A stretch of DNA of 64,000 bases from Bdellovibrionales bacterium (GTDB lineage Bacteria > Bdellovibrionota > Bdellovibrionia > Bdellovibrionales > UBA1609): the NCBI GenBank assembly GCA_965203095.1, contig OZ241877.1, forward strand, positions 1,280,001 through 1,344,000. The letters are read 5' to 3'. The position numbers and the translations under genes are program-made. The notes under the pieces were generated by a model. The model was not told the origin of the DNA, searched no databases, and saw only the letters and a list, made by a program, of their open reading frames with translations. This document shows, one piece after another, positions 57,974 through 64,000 of this stretch; position 1 is the first letter of the stretch, and each line of letters starts with the position of its first letter.

Positions 57974-60136
57974 TTGATAAAAAAGCTGAAAAATTATATT
58001 ATAAAGAGCATGTTTTGGATTAGTGCTTTTTTCAAGGGGCTTGTTCGGCATAAATGGGTTTTAGTTTTAAAGTCCGGATTTTTTTTGATTGGCTTTGGCT
58101 TGGCCGATTTTTCTAAAGCAGGCGAAGAGGAAAAAGCCCATATTTGTTTTTTTGAATTGAACAACACCACCACCAGCAAAAATCTTAAAAAAAAATTTGG
58201 TGAGCAGGATCCAAAATGCCCTCGCCGAAAGGAATACTCTAACAATAACACAGTCATTCACTGCTATCAGCCTCAACAGGGAAACACAGGCAATTATGCT
58301 TTTGAGCGAATGATCCAAACTATGAGTAGTGAAGGAGAACATTGTGATGGCTTAGTTATATCCGGGCATCACACAGGGGATTGGTATGGTGAAACAGGCA
58401 AAATGTATTTAAAATCTATAGAAGCCCTTTCCTGTAAAAAAGAATATGAGGATTGGTTTAAAAATGTTAAAGCCCTTTGGTTGGATGGCTGTAATACAGT
58501 TACAGATAATTTTATTGAATCTACAGGCATTATCAAAACAGCAGATTCAGAGTCTGTTAGGGTGGCCGGTAAAGAGCTTACTGAACAAAAATTAAAAAAA
58601 ATTACACCGAGGATACAAAACCTTCAACAATCTTATACTGCCTCCTTAGACGAAAACACTCCCCTTAGCTCTCGATATTTAAGAATGTTCCCTAACACAC
58701 AAATTTATGGCTTTAATGGGGCCGCCCCTGAAGGCGATCCACGAAAAAACAATCAAGTGGGTTCGCAAAGTTTTATTTTTCAGCATTTGAGCCTTTTAGG
58801 GCAAGCCATAGATGCAGAAAGTGAAAACTCTAAAAATCTGTCGGATTTTAGGAAAGGTTTAAATGCTTTGTTTTTTGAAGACCCTTGCGATGGCACAGAG
58901 GAGTGGGAACAAGTGAGCCAGCAGGCCGAGTTTTCTGGTGTAGAGAATCAAGATTACGACGAGGCTCGCCGTTTAGGTTGTGACTTGACCTTGGCTCAAC
59001 AGGTTTTAGATAAACCAAAAAAATCAAAATCCTCTGTTAAAAATTTAGCCGAGAGAATCCAAAAAGATCCCAGGTATGATAATAATACAGAGGCTAAACA
59101 CTTGGCCAATAAACTTGTCAAAAACCCTTCTGACTCTGAAGGGGCTGTCCGTTTGGCCCAGCTGGCCATTATTCAGACATTAAAAGATGTGGGCCAAGCG
59201 GATCAAGATGTGGGTGAAGTAGACAAGAGCTACTCTCATATCCTGTTCAACAGCATTTATGATACTTGGAATACGGCTAAAAAATCTAAAGATTCTCGTT
59301 TTTTAGATCAAGTGAAATTGGAATTAAAAAAAGAAAGCTGGACAAAATCTCTTACAGAAAGAATTACATCCCCGCACACTGCCTCTTTAAGAAAGGGAGA
59401 TTATATAAAATTTTATTCTGAAATTTATGGGATAAAAAACCCTAATAACTTGCCGAGGTTTGCTCAAAAAGGCATTCAAGATCTGCTCACAAAGGTAGAA
59501 GGGGTTTTCCCGGATTTACAATCTCCTAAAAATCTCAATTTAGATATTCGGGCAAAAAGGGCCTTAGCTGTTTCTGTTGTGGATCAGCTCAGGCAATATG
59601 GCTTACTATCGGAGGACCAGATGACAAATTTAGTTAAAAATAAAAAGCTGTTTCCAGAAGAGACTAAAAACCCCTTTGTGGCTGACAATTCTATCCGACT
59701 CCAGTTTGCTGTGGATGAAAGCCAAATCCTCCCTATAATTCAACAGGAAACAAATTCTGCTTATAGGATAGGAGCTGTTAGGGTGGGGACAGAGATCTAC
59801 TTACGACAGAATAAAAAGCCTGAGTTAGAGGAGATAGCTCAAGCCATAAAACTTGCCGAGGGCCAGAGTATCGAACCGGGGGATCCTGCTTATGAATTGT
59901 GGATGAAATTACACAAGCACCTTAAGAACAAAGGGATGATCCACTACAGCAGAAAACAAGAGAAATGGCAGGCCAACTCGGCTGGGGAAAATTTTATATA
60001 TGAACTGACTGAAAACTCTCGTCACTTAGGGAGGATAGTTTTAGGTTATGTGGATAGTAATTTTAGTACACAAACAAAGGAAAGCCTTAAAAACAAAATG
60101 GATGAAAGGACACATCCTGCCAAGAAGTTTTTATAA
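57974..60136 (+). CDS. large hypothetical exported protein
   Basis: 720-aa ORF with CDGLVISGHH and LWLDGCNT motifs; start uncertain. Confidence 0.7.
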   Translation: MIKKLKNYIIKSMFWISAFFKGLVRHKWVLVLKSGFFLIGFGLADFSKAGEEEKAHICFFELNNTTTSKNLKKKFGEQDPKCPRRKEYSNNNTVIHCYQPQQGNTGNYAFERMIQTMSSEGEHCDGLVISGHHTGDWYGETGKMYLKSIEALSCKKEYEDWFKNVKALWLDGCNTVTDNFIESTGIIKTADSESVRVAGKELTEQKLKKITPRIQNLQQSYTASLDENTPLSSRYLRMFPNTQIYGFNGAAPEGDPRKNNQVGSQSFIFQHLSLLGQAIDAESENSKNLSDFRKGLNALFFEDPCDGTEEWEQVSQQAEFSGVENQDYDEARRLGCDLTLAQQVLDKPKKSKSSVKNLAERIQKDPRYDNNTEAKHLANKLVKNPSDSEGAVRLAQLAIIQTLKDVGQADQDVGEVDKSYSHILFNSIYDTWNTAKKSKDSRFLDQVKLELKKESWTKSLTERITSPHTASLRKGDYIKFYSEIYGIKNPNNLPRFAQKGIQDLLTKVEGVFPDLQSPKNLNLDIRAKRALAVSVVDQLRQYGLLSEDQMTNLVKNKKLFPEETKNPFVADNSIRLQFAVDESQILPIIQQETNSAYRIGAVRVGTEIYLRQNKKPELEEIAQAIKLAEGQSIEPGDPAYELWMKLHKHLKNKGMIHYSRKQEKWQANSAGENFIYELTENSRHLGRIVLGYVDSNFSTQTKESLKNKMDERTHPAKKFL

Positions 60137-60198
60137 GATCTGGAATAAAGCAACACATACTTTTAAGCAAAGAGCTTTTCACAGGCATTTGTTAAGGC

Positions 60199-62202
60199 TT
60201 AGAAATCTAAAACAGCTTGAGTGATAGAGTCTCTATCCAAACCAAAAAGTTTATACAGATCTAAAGCTTTGTAAGCACTTCGCCCAAAAGTCCCTCTAAC
60301 AGCCAAACATTTGATTTGAGAAATATTGGCTCCCGCCTCAGTTAAAGACAGAATCAAAGTGGAGGCCATCCCCCCTTTGATTTGATGTTCCTCCACTGTT
60401 AAAAGTCTTCCCCCACAAATATTCAACCAATGAGCTATGTTTTTTGTATCGGGATGGCTCACACAGGGGCTATTTATTACCACAACGCCTTGGCCCCTTT
60501 GGCTTAAATTTTTTCCGGCCAGCAAAGCCTCTTGAACTAAAGGCCCACAGGTGACGATTAAAACAGGCTTTGTTTGCTTTGAGTTGTTGAGTAAAACTTG
60601 TGCTCGATTCAAGCTATAAGATGAGGCAGAAAAAGATTCAGGAAAAGTTTCCCGACCTAAGAAGAAGATTTGGCTTTCAGGCACAGTGCCGGCTTTTCTC
60701 TCTTGATAAAAAATCTTCACGGCTTGAGACAAAAGATGATAAGCCTCCTCCGCACAACTCAAAGCATAAACTCTGGTTTTAGGAAGGGATATAGTGTTTG
60801 CAAAATAAGAAAGAGCTTGATGAGAGGCACCGTCTGCCGCATCTTGAAAACCCCCGTGAGAGAAAACCCCTATCACCGGGGCTTGAGACAAAGCACTCAT
60901 AATCAAAGGCAAACTGCCTTTAGTGACTGCAAACTGGGCGAATGTATCCACCACAGGCAAAAAACCCTGTTTAGAAAAGCCCACAGCAGAGCTTATCATA
61001 TTGGCCTCCGCCACCCCAACATCAAAGGAATATTCAGGAAACTCTTTTCTAAAACCAGCCAGCCCTGTAGATCCTTGAAGATCAGAGCTTATGGACACAA
61101 TGGGAACTCCTTTTTGTTTTTGCTCTATCAAAGCTTTTGAAATGCCAGCTTGTGTTTTTTTAAGAGGGAGCGGAGAGGGAGGATTTTTTTTATATCGAGA
61201 TTGAATGTCCTCAACCCATTTATAAATTTCATGTGGTGGATTTTTCCCCTCATAAATTTCCTGAATAAAATCTAAAAGTTTTTCTGGAGTTTTTAAGGGG
61301 AAACCATGCCCTCCTGAAGAATCCTCTACAGTTTGTTTAACACCAAAGCCTTTTTGAGTTTTAAAAATTAAAGCCATAGGATTTTGCGGATTTTTTTGAG
61401 CCTTTTCCAAAGATTCTTTAAGAGAAAAAAACACTGTCTCTAAATGATTCCCTTTAGAGATCCAAGAGCTGTCCCAACCCATAGCCTGCAAGCTTTTTAA
61501 AAAAGGTTGGAGGGAAAAGCTGTCTTCATCAATCCGGCCGGTCAGTTTGGTATTGTTGTCACTGATAAGCAATAAAAAAGGGTTCAACTGATTTTTTTGG
61601 GCAAAACCAGGGATAGCACTTAAGGCTTCTTTAGTTTCTCCCTCCATACAAGCCCCATCACTTAAAGTGGTAATTGTCATCCGGCTGTTGCCTAAAAGTT
61701 TGTCTGCCATACACAATCCTTGAGCTTGAGCCACAGTGGAACCCAAAGGCCCATTACTCAAATAAACTCCTTTAGGAAACAGATGGGCTTCTCCATGACC
61801 TGTGAGAAAGCTCTCAACAGATCGAAATTTTTTTAAATGTTCTATATTCAGCCCCGCACAACCATAGTTGGCTTTTAATGCATAGAGGCCGTTTTCACAG
61901 TGGCCGGCATCATTGATGAGATGAAATAAATCAAACCAGTTTTGTTTTTTTTGCTTTGCTGTCCAAAATAAAAGGCTGTGAAGGGAGGACATGATCTCTG
62001 CAAAAGCGGATGGTCCCCCCCAGTGGCTGGCCGCTCCGCCTAAGCCTGCCTCCATATCCATACAAGCTAATAAGGCCCGTGTGGCCTTAGGATCTGGTAA
62101 ATGAAAAACATTTCCAGAAGAATCCTTAATGGGCACAGCAAATTTTGGAAGAGAGGAGGGCTGAGTAAAAAGCGGAACTAAAGAAGAGGATGGATGAGAC
62201 AT
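60199..62202 (-). CDS. transketolase family (fused N and C domains)
   Basis: GHGE, GPLG, ThDP motif SDGACMEGE…DNN, GVAEANM, DGASHQ, VEEHQ..GG. Confidence 0.88.
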   Translation of the reverse strand: MSHPSSSLVPLFTQPSSLPKFAVPIKDSSGNVFHLPDPKATRALLACMDMEAGLGGAASHWGGPSAFAEIMSSLHSLLFWTAKQKKQNWFDLFHLINDAGHCENGLYALKANYGCAGLNIEHLKKFRSVESFLTGHGEAHLFPKGVYLSNGPLGSTVAQAQGLCMADKLLGNSRMTITTLSDGACMEGETKEALSAIPGFAQKNQLNPFLLLISDNNTKLTGRIDEDSFSLQPFLKSLQAMGWDSSWISKGNHLETVFFSLKESLEKAQKNPQNPMALIFKTQKGFGVKQTVEDSSGGHGFPLKTPEKLLDFIQEIYEGKNPPHEIYKWVEDIQSRYKKNPPSPLPLKKTQAGISKALIEQKQKGVPIVSISSDLQGSTGLAGFRKEFPEYSFDVGVAEANMISSAVGFSKQGFLPVVDTFAQFAVTKGSLPLIMSALSQAPVIGVFSHGGFQDAADGASHQALSYFANTISLPKTRVYALSCAEEAYHLLSQAVKIFYQERKAGTVPESQIFFLGRETFPESFSASSYSLNRAQVLLNNSKQTKPVLIVTCGPLVQEALLAGKNLSQRGQGVVVINSPCVSHPDTKNIAHWLNICGGRLLTVEEHQIKGGMASTLILSLTEAGANISQIKCLAVRGTFGRSAYKALDLYKLFGLDRDSITQAVLDF

Positions 62203-62291
62203 AATTCCCTATATGGCTTATGCAAGCTATTAAATACAGAACTAAGTAAAAACATGATTTTTTAAAAAAAACCAGTCTAAAAAAAATCAAT

Positions 62292-62418
62292 TCTTAACAA
62301 AATCTTAAAACTTTTTTGATTGCCTCTTATTTTGCTTGTGGAGCTATTATATCTTAACAAAATCTTAACATAAGCTAAAAAAAGCCCGACTAAAATTTGT
62401 GTTTCTCTTTGTTAAGAT
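62292..62418. promoter_or_regulatory. repeated TCTTAAC boxes (OmpR/PhoB-type response-regulator-like sites)
   Basis: tcttaacaaaatcttaa at 62292 and 62352 (11-bp periodic half-sites), plus an inverted half-site at 62409. Confidence 0.45.
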
Positions 62419-62476
62419 TAGGTCAATTGCCTTTTCAGGTCTTTAAGCAAGTGGGCAACTATGCTAATATAAGAAT

Positions 62477-62734
62477 ATGAAAACAAGCTTAAAAATTATT
62501 CTTATTTCAGTTTTTCTTTTCTTAAGTGCTCAAGGCTTTGCTTTGACCGCTGAATATGTGCCTGCATTTAAACCCATTAAGAAAAACCATAGTTTTTCAG
62601 ATATGCAACAAGGCATTAAAAGGGACTTTTTTCAAATTCAATCCTTAATGAGCCGTCAAAAAAATAAAATGATTGGTTTAATGAAAGATAGGAAAAACAA
62701 AAACACGAGAAATCAAACTCCTACTGAAATTTAA
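62477..62734 (+). CDS. small secreted protein
   Basis: Signal peptide (AQGFA), followed by a terminator. Confidence 0.6.
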   Translation: MKTSLKIILISVFLFLSAQGFALTAEYVPAFKPIKKNHSFSDMQQGIKRDFFQIQSLMSRQKNKMIGLMKDRKNKNTRNQTPTEI

Positions 62735-62761
62735 AAAATTTCTCTCGACTCATTTTCGCCC

Positions 62762-62787
62762 AAAAAGCCCTGATAGGGCTTTTTTTA
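62762..62787. terminator. bidirectional intrinsic terminator
   Basis: aaaaagccct-gat-agggcttttttt between convergent genes. Confidence 0.8.
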
Positions 62788-62876
62788 TTAGCCCCTTGTG
62801 AGTTTGTATAAGCCCTTAAGAAAAAAGAACCATGAACTGTGGCCACCGACAAAATCAAATAAAGGGAATAAATAGA

Positions 62877-63125
62877 CTATTGCTTTTTGATTAGTGCTAA
62901 GAGAGTATCCAGCTTGGCTTCTATGTTATCCATTCTTACCTCAAGTTTACCCATTCTTACCTCGAGTTTATCCAGTCTTATCTCAATCTTAGCTATATCC
63001 TGTTTCACTGGTTCTATTTTGGAATTTAGAAGAAAATAAATAACTCCAAACTGAATCCCTATAACAGAACAAACAGCTATAACCGTTCCCACAACAACAC
63101 TTAAAACCGCCCATATTGTTTTCAT
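62877..63125 (-). CDS. small membrane-anchored coiled-coil protein (paralogue of 1309-1578)
   Basis: Shares GVIYFLLN..IEPVK.D.AKIE.R and IE.KLDTLL.LIKKQ*; internal 21-bp repeats at 62930-62980. Confidence 0.75.
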   Translation of the reverse strand: MKTIWAVLSVVVGTVIAVCSVIGIQFGVIYFLLNSKIEPVKQDIAKIEIRLDKLEVRMGKLEVRMDNIEAKLDTLLALIKKQ

Positions 63126-63132
63126 ATTGTCC

Positions 63133-63161
63133 ATTATATGGACATTGGCCGGGAATGTCAA
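63133..63161 (-). promoter_or_regulatory. consensus sigma70 promoter, leaderless
   Basis: TTGACA-N17-TATAAT, 7 nt before the ATG at 63125. Confidence 0.75.
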
Positions 63162-63265
63162 GGTTTTTTTGAAAGTGCTATAAAACCTGCCAGATATAGG
63201 CTTAAAAGCCCCTCCCTTTCCGGCCATATCCAAGGGACAATCTATTTTGAGCCTTTTACCAAAGA

Positions 63266-64000
63266 TTATTGGCAGATAGCAATGGTTTTAATATTAGTAA
63301 ATTCTCTAATACCCTCAACGGATAGCTCTCTTCCGTGGCCACTGTGGTTAATCCCTCCAAAAGGCAAAGAGGGGTTGGACTTCAACATGCCATTGACAAA
63401 ACAAGTGCCGACATTCAAACGATCTTTGGCCCATCTTTCCCCCAACTCTTTATTTTCTGTCCATATCACAGCACCTAAGCCAAAAGAGCTTTTATTGGCC
63501 ATTGCCAAAGCTTTTTGGCTGTTTTCTACTTGAAAAACCGGTAGTAAAGGCCCAAATAGCTCTTTGCGGGCACATTCCATAAGTGAAGAGCAGTTGTCCA
63601 TTAAAGTGATAGGGAAGTAATAGCCTTTTTCTTGATCTTCCTTTCCCGCCGGCTTTTCAAAAAGAATTTTTGCTCCTTCAGACAGGTCTTTATCTCTAAG
63701 GGCTTGAAGTTTTTGGACAAATTCTTTTTTTGCCAATGGGCCTACATCGGGGTTGTAAAGGGGATTAGATATGCTTTTGTAATTTAAATTATGGATGAGC
63801 TTTTGGATCAGTTCTTCATGAACAGAGCTTTCCACAATGACTCTTTTAGCAGAAATACAGCTTTGGCCAGAATTATTTAAACGGCTGTCTATAATTTGCT
63901 CAGCAGTTTTGGAGAGATTGGCGTCTTCTAAAACAATATGGGGGTCACTGCCCCCAAGTTCCATAACGGTTTTTTTCAAATAGTGGCCACAAATAGAAGA
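63266..64000 (-). CDS. aldehyde dehydrogenase (succinate-semialdehyde dehydrogenase-like), 5' part outside the window
   Basis: MELGGSDP, NSGQSCIS, ELFGP, PFGGINHSGHGRE. Confidence 0.9.
   Translation of the reverse strand, partial: SSICGHYLKKTVMELGGSDPHIVLEDANLSKTAEQIIDSRLNNSGQSCISAKRVIVESSVHEELIQKLIHNLNYKSISNPLYNPDVGPLAKKEFVQKLQALRDKDLSEGAKILFEKPAGKEDQEKGYYFPITLMDNCSSLMECARKELFGPLLPVFQVENSQKALAMANKSSFGLGAVIWTENKELGERWAKDRLNVGTCFVNGMLKSNPSLPFGGINHSGHGRELSVEGIREFTNIKTIAICQ

Overview
AT-rich bacterial chromosomal window. The genome is most likely Bdellovibrionota; this is inferred from the cpaB-cpaC-tadZ/A-tadB-RHS-small secreted protein synteny, which matches the Bdellovibrio 'hit' locus, and from FliA-type promoters. 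The housekeeping backbone (nth, citrate synthase, gor, liuBCD-like, asnS, gcvH, tRNA-Leu, tatC, Tad pilus, priA, gloB, transketolase, ALDH) is interrupted by three accessory regions. (1) At 0-6.5 kb: three AAA_14/DUF4143-type ATPase genes (one truncated) and an HTH-N6-methyltransferase cleanly split by an IS630. (2) At 8.8-20.4 kb: a complete SspBCD-SspE-SspA-like phosphorothioation defence locus with an REase + M/S-fusion pair nested between sspD and sspE. (3) At 30.2-39.5 kb, downstream of tRNA-Leu: a DUF262/DUF1524 nuclease, a Zorya-like zorA-HNH-zorB cassette in unusual order, and two small integrase-less cassettes, each bounded by direct repeats. One cassette is a NYN RNase preceded by a GC-rich two-hairpin leader RNA with a terminator, a candidate RNA-antitoxin/RNase module. 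The other is an AAA+/wHTH ATPase with a 7x31-bp array, inserted in the 3' end of a Bor-like gene with a synonymously recoded 36-bp duplication. All family assignments come from reading motifs by eye; no database searches were run.
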